Source: Protoeuglena noctilucae
Lineage: Eukaryota
NCBI GenBank assembly: GCA_958009085.1
Contig: OY253689.1
Span: 372,001 to 436,000 of the forward strand
Direction: 5' to 3'
DNA: 64,000 nt
Shown: piece after piece, positions 53,253 through 63,058 of the stretch
Layout of the letters: the number at the start of each line of letters is the position of its first letter
Numbering within the stretch: the first letter of the stretch is position 1
Position numbers and translations under genes: made by a program
Notes under the pieces: model-generated
What the model was told of the DNA's origin: nothing
The model's database searches: none
Seen by the model: only the letters and a program-made list of their open reading frames with translations

Positions 53253-53985
53253 ATGACGATGAGCGGTTATAATAGACGAGAAGGGTGTGACTCTCAGAGT
53301 CACGCTCGGCGGCAGAGGTGCCGTCCCCCAGGGGCAGCTGACATGCTGGGGTTTCCATCGTCGCAGTGCATATGGCACGTGGCCCACCTCTCCGTGAAGC
53401 AAAGGGGTCGCCCACCACGGGCACTGGCACCCCCCTTCGCTGCGCCCAAAGGCAGGCCACGCTGGCCTGGACATCAGGGCGGTGTTGGCGGTCCGAACGC
53501 AGACGGCGTTCCTTGGGGGGCGCAGCGTTGCGATGATGATGAGCGATTCAACAGTCGAGGGGTGCTATGACTCTCAGAGCCACGCCTTGCGGCAGAAGTG
53601 CCGTCCCCCGGGGCAGCTGACACCCCGGGGTTTCCATCGTTGCAGTGCATATGGCACGTGGCCCGCCCCCGCTAGGTTGCCCCACCCGAAGGCAAAGGGA
53701 GCGTTGCCCCTGGGCGCCCCGCCTCGCCCACGCTGCGCCCCTGAGGGCCGGCTGGCAGGAGTCGGCTGTGGGAGCCCGGCTGCTTGCTGCGTGTGTGAGA
53801 TGATGATGTGCAGTTCAATAGCTGAGGGTGCTGAGGTCCATCAGGATCCTCGCCGCATGAGCTAGGCCCGCGCAACAAGGGCGCCTTCCCCCGGGGCTGC
53901 CGCACCCCGGGGGTTCCATTATCGCAGTGCATATGGCACTTGGCCCGCCCCCGCTAGGTCCCCCCACCCGAAGGCTATGGGGCCG
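53253..53985 (+). repeat. Degenerate tandem repeat, 3 units of about 265-280 bp
   Basis: Units start near 53253, 53533 and 53798; all three share CCCCC-GGGGC and CGCAGTGCATATGGCAC-TGGCCC-like blocks, and the first two also share TGACTCTCAGAG. Confidence 0.85.
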
Positions 53986-54599
53986 CCGCCCCGGGCTCCA
54001 GCGCCCCTAGCCCCTTCGCCGAACCGCCGCCCCTGCCCGGACGAGCAACCGCAGGATGCCACGCGAGCGGGCCCCCGGGCACAAAAACAACAGCGAAGCA
54101 ACGAAGCGGAGACAAGCCCCCATGCCGCGGCGCAGAGCACTTTCGCCCCATGCTAACAACGGACCCCACCCTGGTCCCACCGGCGCGGTCCCCGCGTCCC
54201 GCCGGTCGCTCTGCGTCCCCGTCACGAAAGCCTGCCGTCCCTCTGCACGCACACAGCGCGCAGCGCCCCGAAAGCCCCCCTAGACTCGGGGGCGCGGCTT
54301 GTCCCGACCAGCAGAACTCGAGCGCGTCGTGCTGCCGCCTGGCGCCTGCCAGGGGATATGCGACCGCATCAGCCGTCGCGAATGCACGCAAAACACCCAA
54401 CCGCACCCCCTCGCCAACTCGCCAGCCTCCGCCTTGGCCAAACCACCACCGAACCACCGCACTGCGCGCCACCGCGCCATTTTTTGTGAACCGGCTCTTC
54501 GTCACCGGCCATAAAGGCGCGGTGTCCAGAGGGCGCCACGAGGAGGCGGCCGGCGGATCGCGCCATCGCGCGTCCGAGTCCCCCCGTGTGTGAGAGGTT

Positions 54600-54668
54600 G
54601 GGACCTTAGTCTGGTGGCGTGATTCGTTCGGACCTGAAAGGTCCCGGGTTCGAACCCCGGAGGGCCCC
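54600..54668 (+). pseudogene. Degenerate tRNA-Pro(CGG)-like sequence
   Basis: Pro-like D arm (TAGTCTGGTGGCGTGAT), AGGTC variable loop and intact T arm CCGGG-TTCGAAC-CCCGG. The acceptor stem has one mismatch, the anticodon stem is shortened, and no oligo-T terminator follows. Confidence 0.65.
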
Positions 54669-54705
54669 TACTGCTTGCGCTCAGACGATGATGCCAAAAT
54701 AGACA

Positions 54706-54779
54706 CGACGCTGGTGGGGTTCGAACCCACGACCTTCTGCTTCGAAGGCAGACGCGCTATTCCACTACGCTACAGCGCC
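54706..54779 (-). tRNA. trnR-UCG: tRNA-Arg, anticodon UCG
   Basis: GGCGCTG-TA-GCGTAGTGGAATAGCGC-G-TCTGC-CT-TCG-AA-GCAGA-AGGTC-GTGGG-TTCGAAC-CCCAC-CAGCGTC-G forms a full cloverleaf, with TTTT a few nt downstream. Confidence 0.96.
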
Positions 54780-55569
54780 TTCACACATGAGGAACATGGC
54801 ATGGAAATCGCAAGCAATATAGACCCAGATTTTGTCATCGTGGACCAGCAACACCCTGTCGTGGTTTCCCTCGCTGCCGGGGCAGGGGACGCTGCCGGAG
54901 GGTGTGGGCGGCTGTCAGGCTGCGTGTGCCCGTCCCCGTGTCGAGCTCCAATCCCGCTTTTTTTTTTTTTTTCCGTCCCCCCGGGCTGAACCATTACGCC
55001 TCGAGTCTTGGGGGGGGGGGAGGGCGTCCCCGCGGCTGCGTCAGGGCGACCGTGCGGGCCCCTGCACGCACGTCGGCTGTGCCTTCCCCAGCCTGAGGGA
55101 CCCGCCATTACGCCTCGAGTCTTGGGGGGGGGTTGCGACGGGGGACGAACGTCGGGGCAGAGCTGGCAGAAATGGGTCGAAGGGCTCAGGAAGTGGCGAG
55201 AGACGTGGCGCCTGTGGGGTGGAACGCCGGGGATGCCGAGGCAACACCGGCAGTGGCGCAGACCGGACCAGGCGCCACAGGGTCAGAGAGCGGCGTGGCT
55301 GCGACGAGGCGGGGAGAGTGGGAGCGCAAGCGGGCCGGAGTGCCTGCCTTTGGGAGTCTGTCGAGGAGGCCCTGCAGGAGAGCAACGGCTGACGAGGGGT
55401 GCTGGTGCCGGACACGGCGGCGCTGGCAGGGCGACCCCTCGCACGACAAACAGCAGGGCAGCGGGCTTCTGGGGGCGGGCGCGATGGCGGCGCGGCAAGA
55501 GCGAACGGCAGCGGCGAGAGTAACACAAGGGGCAGCGAGTGGTGTGCGGGTGCATGGGCTGGGCGACAC

Positions 55570-55668
55570 AGGGGTGTCAGCTGCCCCGGGGGACGGCATC
55601 TCTGCCGCAAAGCGCGTCTTTGAGAGTCACAGCACCTCACCATAGCACCTCTCGTTTGAATCGCTCAC
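55570..55668 (-). repeat. Inverted partial copy of the 53253-53985 repeat unit
   Basis: The reverse complement reads GAGCGATTCAA..GTGACTCTCAAAGACGCGCTTTGCGGCAGAGATGCCGTCCCCCGGGGCAGCTGACACCCC. Confidence 0.85.
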
Positions 55669-55714
55669 TCGTTGACCTACACACATACCCCACATGACAG
55701 TCGCGCCCTACCCC

Positions 55715-57236
55715 TCATGCCCCCTTCCTCTCCGTGCGTCGGATCTCCACCCCCGGGTGCGCGGCTGCATACGCGTCCTCCATCCCCACGTATCGGTCCC
55801 GCTGCCTCGCAAACGTCTCCTGTGACAGCATACAGGGACAGCAGGCGCGTGACGAAACGGGGATGTTGATAACAAGGATAGGCATCTCTCTTTGCGCAGT
55901 GTCCCTTGCAAGAACACCCCAGTGCCTCCATTCCCCCTCGCCTGCGTCACCCTGTTCCCACTCCCACTCCCCCTCTCTCTCACCTGCGTCACCCTGTCCA
56001 CCAGCAGCACCCCCTGCAGGTGGTCGTACTCGTGCTGGAAGATGCGCGCCTCCCACCCCCGCACGTCGAGCACGAAGGGGCGGCCCGTGAGGTCCTGCGC
56101 CCGCACCTTGATGCTCGCGTGGCGGGACACGTCGCCCAGGATGAGGCCCTGGGGAGAGACGGAGTGGAGGGGAATTGAGGGGTGAATGGGGGAACACTGA
56201 TAGACGCAGCCAAGGCGAGGGGTTGAGTGGGGGAGCACTGAGTGGGGATGGGCAGCGAGTGGAGGGCTGTTGAGGGGTGAGTGGAGTAATACAGATAGGC
56301 GACTGAAAGCGGATCAGGCGTTGGTGGCACAGCCCACCGCACCGTCACCTATGCATCTCTAACTGACAGGCACCCCTCCTCGCCCATCTCCATCCGCACC
56401 GTCACCTGTGCGTCCTTGAACGACAGGCACCCCTCCTCGCCCATCTCCATCCGCTTGCTCCCCGACACGACCCTCGGGTTCACCAGCACCACCTCGCTGT
56501 TGCGCCGCTCCCTCAGACCCGTGGGGTTGAACACCATCAGTCGCACGTTCACGCCCACCTGGGGCGCGGCCAGGCCCACGCCGTCGTCCATATACATCAC
56601 CTCGAGCATCTCAGACGCCAGACGCGCCAGCTGCAGGGGGACATGGGTGTGCATGGGTGGGGGACTGCTGCAGTCCTGGTCCCTATGATAGTGCCATGGG
56701 CGTGGATTGGATGTGCTATCCGCATGTGTCACCTTGGCGTCAAACACCCCGATCTTGGCATTCTGCTGGCGCAGGCGCGGGTCGGGGTACCTCAGGATGC
56801 TGTCGAGCGTCAGCGGGCCCTCCCAATCTGTGTGGCACAACACTTGCGGGAAGCGTTGTACCAGGCCGGCAGGATTGTACGCAGAGAGACCGACCGCCGC
56901 TTGCTGTGCGCCTCTCGCCTGGTATCTCCGTCACGGTGGGTGCGTCGTCTTTCTCCTCCTCTTCCTCCCGCTTGACGGATGCGAGCTCTTTCATCAGGAA
57001 GCCCCTGCGCACGGAGCGGCCGCGGGGTCGACGCGGAAGCCAGTGCAACTGGAGCAACGGACGATATTTGTAGATCAGACTCACCTGCCAGCCTCGACCG
57101 GGCGGCCCCTGCGCTGGGCGCGGCACGCGCGGGCCGCGAACAGCCGCGCGCCCATCCGCAGCGGGCCGGCGACGTCGCGGCACCGATGGCCGGCGTGCAG
57201 CGCACACAGTATTGTCCCTTGCAACGCGTGCGACAT
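55715..57236 (-). CDS. PDF1B: Peptide deformylase (PDF1B-like, organellar)
   Basis: Transit-like N-terminus, ILRYPDPRLR, motif 1 GVGLAAPQVG, motif 2 EGCLS, motif 3 QHEYDHLQG. Confidence 0.93.
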
Positions 57237-57745
57237 GCTGCCAGGGAAGGCGCGGGGCGCGCGGACGGCGCGGGTAGGACACAGTGCGTGGCGCGGGCTG
57301 GGACGGTGAAAAACAGGCGCGGAAGGCGTCCGTTGCAACTCCGATGCGAGCCTGTGATCCGTTGCCAGTGAGGGACTGGCCTCCAGGCGCGCCGGACTCG
57401 GCACGTGAGCTATTTGCGCCAGAGAAGCACGCAAGACCGGCCGGTGGACCTCCTCAGCCGTGCCGGCGATCCGCTAGGGGCACTGGTTGTGCGCTTGACC
57501 TTCTCGTGTCCTCGTCACATGCATGATTGCTCCGGGGAACTTGCGATTGCTGCTGGGTAAGCCGTTCTTGAAGTGAGACGGCTGTTTCACGGTGCTTCTG
57601 CGGGCTGAGATCGCTCCTTTTGCTTCTTCATACTAATTAAGCTTACTTGTGTCCATCACACCTGTCTTGGGGCGGAGAGACTCGACGCACGGTTCGCCCG
57701 GGCGCAGCGTGCGCAGGCTGCACTGCTGGCTCTCGTCGGGGAGCC

Positions 57746-60700
57746 ATGGCGGCCACATCTGGGGCCGCGCGGCCGGTCCCAGAGATTCGCAAGCTGGATG
57801 AGTCGGTGGTCAATCGCATTGCGGCCGGAGAGGTGCGGAGGGCGTCGCGGGGATGGCGTTCCCTCGCGCAGCTGCAGCAGACCCCTCGGGGCGCTTGCGG
57901 GGCCTCATCCATCGCGTTCGCGTGCCCTGCACCTCTATTATATAACCATCCACTTTCTCGCGTACCTTTCGTCCCCGAATGGTCTCTCGATTCGCCTCGC
58001 ACATCGCCGCGACGCTGCGCAGGTCATCCAGCGCCCCGCGAACGCCATGAAGGAGATGCTGGAGAATTCCTTGGATGCCGGCGCGACGCAAGTGACGATT
58101 ACGGTGAAGGACGGGGGCCTGAAGCTCCTGCAGGTCCAGGACAATGGCCACGGCATCCGCACCGACGACCTCCCCCTCCTTTGCGAGAGATTCGCCACCT
58201 CCAAGCTGCGGGCCTTCGAGGACCTCGCGACGGTGGGGACGCTTGGGTTCAGGCGAGCAGCGCGGGCCTGCGTGTCGCAGAGGAGATGAGTGGGGAGGTG
58301 GATGACAGTCCCTGTGTCCGACCCTCACACTTGCCAGCCCTCACCTCACCAGCCCTTGCCTCTCAGCCCTCACCTCAACACACATGCATAGTTGGCACAA
58401 TTGTGCGTTCTCTCAGAGGCGAGGCCCTCGCATCCATCTCCTTCGTGGCCCACCTCACCGTCACCACCATGACGCACGGGGCGGCCCATGGCGTGCGCGC
58501 CACCTACACCGATGGGAGGCTCAACGGCAGCCCCGTGCCATGCGCGTCAGGTGACGATGGTGGTGATGGTGATGGTGCCAGCGAACGCCCTGTTTGCGCT
58601 TCCCCGCATCGCAACTTTGGACAACACGCTCTCCCTCTCTCTCATGTGCACCCTTTCCCTCCCTCTCTCTTTCTGCAGTGCCAGGCACCACCATGTTAGT
58701 CGAGGACCTCTTCTACAACATGCCCACGCGCCGCAAAGGCCTGCAGTCCCCGGGTCAGGAGATGGCACGGCTGCTGGACGTGGCGGGCAAGTACGCCGTG
58801 TACAAGGCAGGGGTCGCCATCACCTGCAAACGGCGAGGGGGGGGGGGGGGGGGGGGATGAGGGGCGTGTGCGATGATGACTATATGACTACATACGGAGT
58901 TGTGGCGTCGTCCATGCATAACGCGAGGCACGATTGTTCAAACACAATCACTGTCACTGTCACTGTCACTATCTCCTCATGCACCCGATGCAACCCACTG
59001 TCACCTACTCTCCCCCCGCCCCTTTCCCCTCCAGTCAAGGCGCCCCCAAGCCCGACCTGTCCACCCAGCCCGGTGCCTCGCGCCGCGCCACCCTCCGCGC
59101 CGTGTACGGTGCGGCAGTGGCGAGTGATCTGCTGGATTTGAACACCGAGTGCGGGGAGTGGGGGGAGGGGGAAGAGGGGCTGCCATCGGAGCTGTGCGTG
59201 AGGGCGGAGGGGCTGGTGTCGGGTGAGGGGTGGGGGGGGGGGGTGGGTGTGGATGTGGGGTGGGGAAGGCGGGTGAGGGGGGATGTGGAGAAGGGGTGTC
59301 AGTGAGAGTAGGGCCTAGACGCCGCATTTGTCTGCCACCCAACCCCCACTGCCACACTCACCTCCCACTGTTTAACCACCCCCCTATCAGGCCTCTCCTA
59401 CCACGGCAAGCGCTCCATGCTTGTCCTTTTCCTCAACGGCCGCCCCGTCGACTGCTCCCCCCTCAAGCGCGCCATCGAGGGGGTCTACGGTTCGATTCTC
59501 CCCAAGAACGCCAAGCCGTTCGCCTTTTTGGACGTGCGCGTGCCCCCTCGCGCCGTCGACGTCAACGTCCACCCCACCAAGCAAGAGGTGAGAGTGGTTG
59601 AGAGGGGATGGGGACATGGGGAGTGGAGTGGATGTGCACCCAAGCAAGCAAGGGGTGAGAGAGGGTGACATGGGGAGAGGGGGAGGGTGGTGCGTGAAGT
59701 GAGCCTAGTCAGTACTATCTACCCTTACGCATGCACCATCCCACTTCCTCACCCAAACACTCACCAGTACACCCCCCCACCTTCTCACCAATGACCTTCT
59801 CCCCCCCACAGGTCGCCTTTTTGTTCCAAGACGCCCTCGTCTCCCACATCGCCACCGCCATCGAACAACTCCTATCGAATGCCAATGCCACCCACCACAT
59901 CCCCACCGCCAGAGTCGCACCCACCGCCATCGCCTATGCTGGTCAGGATGGGAGGGGTGGCACGCAGGGGGGTGGCGGCGGGGGCAAGCGGGGGAGGGGC
60001 GGTGCGAGTGGGGATGAGGGAGATGAGAGGGAGGGGGAGGGGGGGAGGAGGGGGTCGGGGGCTGGGGTATCGGGTGAGATGGTTGGAAACACGGGGGGGG
60101 GGTTTGCGGTGCGGTGGGATTGGCGTGTGCGGTGTTAAGTGGCATGGACAAAGCAACGAATAAATGTAATGCTATTGCTCGTAGCTGTTTACTAGTATCT
60201 TAGCGCATGTCGACTGTCATCCGACGCTCGCCACTGCCACCCATCGCTACATGCAGCACACATCGCCATTACTCTCACCGCCACCGCTCCCACCGCTCCC
60301 CCTCCCTGGTGACATGCCACGTCATGTCACCCCCACATCCCAGTCAACTCAGTCCCCCCCTGTGTCTGTTGTCCCATAGGCAAAGCCCCCTATCGTCCCA
60401 ACAAGCTGGTGCGCGTGGATGCCCGTTCTCAGCCATTGGAGGCCTTCCTCCACCACGCGCCGGATGAGGGGGCCGTGAGGGCGGCGGGGGAGGGGGGGTG
60501 AGTGGGGGGGGGGGAGTGAGTGAGGGAGGGGGGTGAGTGAGGGTGGAGAGATGGGGTTGAGTGGGTGGGGATGGAGGGGGAGGCATGGGGGTGATTGCGG
60601 GGTGGGAAGAGGGGGTGAGCTGGGGGTGGGGATGGGTTAGGTATAGCGGTGAGCCTGTGTCAGTCCCTGCCACATTGTTACTTTGCCCCATTGTTACACA

Positions 60701-62862
60701 GCCATGCTGCCGCACTGCCCACTCACAATCCCCTTGCCTCTCCCCTTCCCCCCCAGCACTGTGCGTCGCCCCCGCCGTGGCATGACAGCTGGGGGCATGG
60801 GATTGGCCACGTTGTTAACAACAACAACAGATGTTATGGGGATAACAGAGGGGGCCACACAGGGGCGGGGTGATGGCATGGAGGGGGGGCAGATGCAGGG
60901 CGGTGGGGTGGGGGGTGGTGCGGATGGCGGTGGGGGCGATGAGAGGGCGGGCGGTGGTGGGGATGCAAGCGGTGCGGGTGCGGGTGCGGGTGCGGGTGCG
61001 GGTGGCAATGCGGGTGCGGGTGCGGCTGCATTGGGTGAGCTGGCAGCCATCCGTCGTTCGGTGCGTCAGCGGCGGGGGGCGGGGGGGGAATCGACGCAGC
61101 TGACGAGTGTCAGAGAGCTGCTGAGGGATGCGGGTGAGGGATGGGTGGGGATGAGGGATGCGGGTGAGGGGTGGACAGCAATCACCATTGCCACTGCCAT
61201 CACCGCTACCGTCGCCCCCACAGCCACTCCCTCACCCTCCCACCCTCCCCCCCTCTCACCCTCATCCTCACCCTCACCCACTCTCAACCCCCTCCCATCC
61301 CTTCAACCCCAGAGCACCCCCCCCACCCGGAGCTGTCCGCCGTCTTTGCGCAATGCACGCTGGTGGGCCTCATTGATCCCGTCGCGGCATTGGCACAGCA
61401 CGGCACGCGGCTGCTGGTGCTGGACCTGTCGAGCCTCACCCGGGACCTTTTCTTCCAGCTGGCGCTGCGGGGATTCGAACGCCACCCGCGCGTGAGGCTG
61501 GGGGAGGGGGTGGGCGTGGACGAGGCGGTCGAGATGGCGCTGGTGAGAGTTTGTGAATTGTGGATGAGGAGTAACGTGGAATGGGATGCAGTGTGGGTGT
61601 GAGGGATGGGTGGAGATGGGAGGGGTGATGGTGCTGGTGAGAGTGGGTGTGGACGGGGGTGGTCGAGATGGCGCTGGTGAGAGGAGTGGATGGGGTGTGA
61701 GGGGTGTTGGTGAGGTGTTGCGTGCAGTGTTGCGAACGTGTTGCTCATTGCACTTCACGCGCCAGCACTCACCCACTCTCACTCACTCACTCCCACTCAC
61801 CCACACCCACACCCACACCCAAACTCACTCACCCACACCCACCCAACCCGTCCCCCTTCCCCCCCAGTCCCTCCAGCACTCTCAGGGCTCCTGGTCCCCC
61901 CCCTCCCCCACCGCCACCCCCGCCGCCCTCGCCGCCCTCGCCCGGCAGCTGCTCACCCGTAAGCGCGACCTGCTGGGATCGTGCTTCGGCATAGACATCA
62001 CCGATTGCGGCAGGATCGTCTCCCTGCCGTTGCTGCTCGATCGATACCACCCGGATTTGGACAGGCTGCCGGGGCTGGTGTTGGATCTGGCGACGAGGGT
62101 GGAGTGGGGGGAGAAGGCGTGTTTTCGGTGAGGGTTATGTGGGGGGTGGGGGTGTTTCTGGGTGTTGTTGATGTGAGTGGGTAAGAGTGGTGGAGTGGTG
62201 GAGTGGTGGAGTGGGGGGAGGAGAAGGCGTGTTTCCGGTGAGGGGGGGGTGGGTGGGGTGTTGTGTGGGGTGCATTTAAATGATGGAGTAGTGTGTTGGG
62301 GATGTTAAGGAATGCTGTTGATATGATTGGTTGACGTGGTTGCGAGGGTGGAGTGGTAAGATGGTGGGCATCAATCAAGCACGCATCGCCCAGCATCGTG
62401 CTGTGCTGTCCGTGTCAGCAGCACGATCGCGGAGGCGCTGGCGGACTTCTACCGCCTGCAGCCGCCGATGGGGGAGGAGGGGGGTGGGGGAGAGGGGGGT
62501 GATGATAAGGGTCAACATGATAAGGGACATGATGAGGGACAGCAAGGCCAGGGAGTGAATGAGGGACACGAGAAGGGGCGTGAGGGCGTGGCGTTGCCTG
62601 GTTGGCGGAGGGACGGGCGGCGGGAGTGGGCGGTGCGGCACGTGGTGATGCCGGGTGAGTGGATGAGATGGGCAGTGAGGGAGTGGATGGTTCACATATG
62701 TAGCAGCAGTACATATGTGATATCATTCATCATTCCAACACCTCTCTGCCCCTTGCAGCCCTCCGCTCTCTGTTCAAGCCCCCCGCACATCGTGGCAGGG
62801 ACGGCACTGTGGTGGAGGTGACGAGGCTGGAGAAGCTGTACCAGATATTCGAGAGGTGCTGA
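57746..62862 (+). CDS. MLH1: DNA mismatch repair protein MLH1
   Basis: IRKLDESVVNRIAAGE|VIQRPANAMKEMLENSLDAG, QDNGHGI, ERFATSKL, TLGFR|GEALASIS, VEDLFYN, VDVNVHPTKQE|V, LTSVREL, and the C-terminal LYQIFERC*. Confidence 0.97.
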
Positions 62863-63058
62863 CAATTGAATAAGGGTGTTAACATGTTTGAGTGAGCACA
62901 TGTGCTTGTGGGTATCTTCAAACATCCCCATGCCAAATGCGAGGCCCTCGCTGACACTGCATCGCTCGGCACGGCCGCCCTTGAAACACCACGCGACGAG
63001 GGACGGCAGGAGTGTATTGCTAGAACTGTCATCCCCTTCTGGTCTGTGCCTCCCCCCC

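Noticed and set aside
53253..53985. CRISPR array or SECIS element
   Set aside because: Units are long and degenerate with no repeat-spacer pattern, the context is eukaryotic, and no coding sequence continues past the LRR TGA.
54580..54780. Permuted or split tRNA gene
   Set aside because: Both tRNA-like sequences are in normal 5'-3' order, and no separate halves or BHB junction were seen.
55008..55645. ORFs between tRNA-Arg and PDF
   Set aside because: No recognisable domain or splice structure; they overlap repeat sequence.
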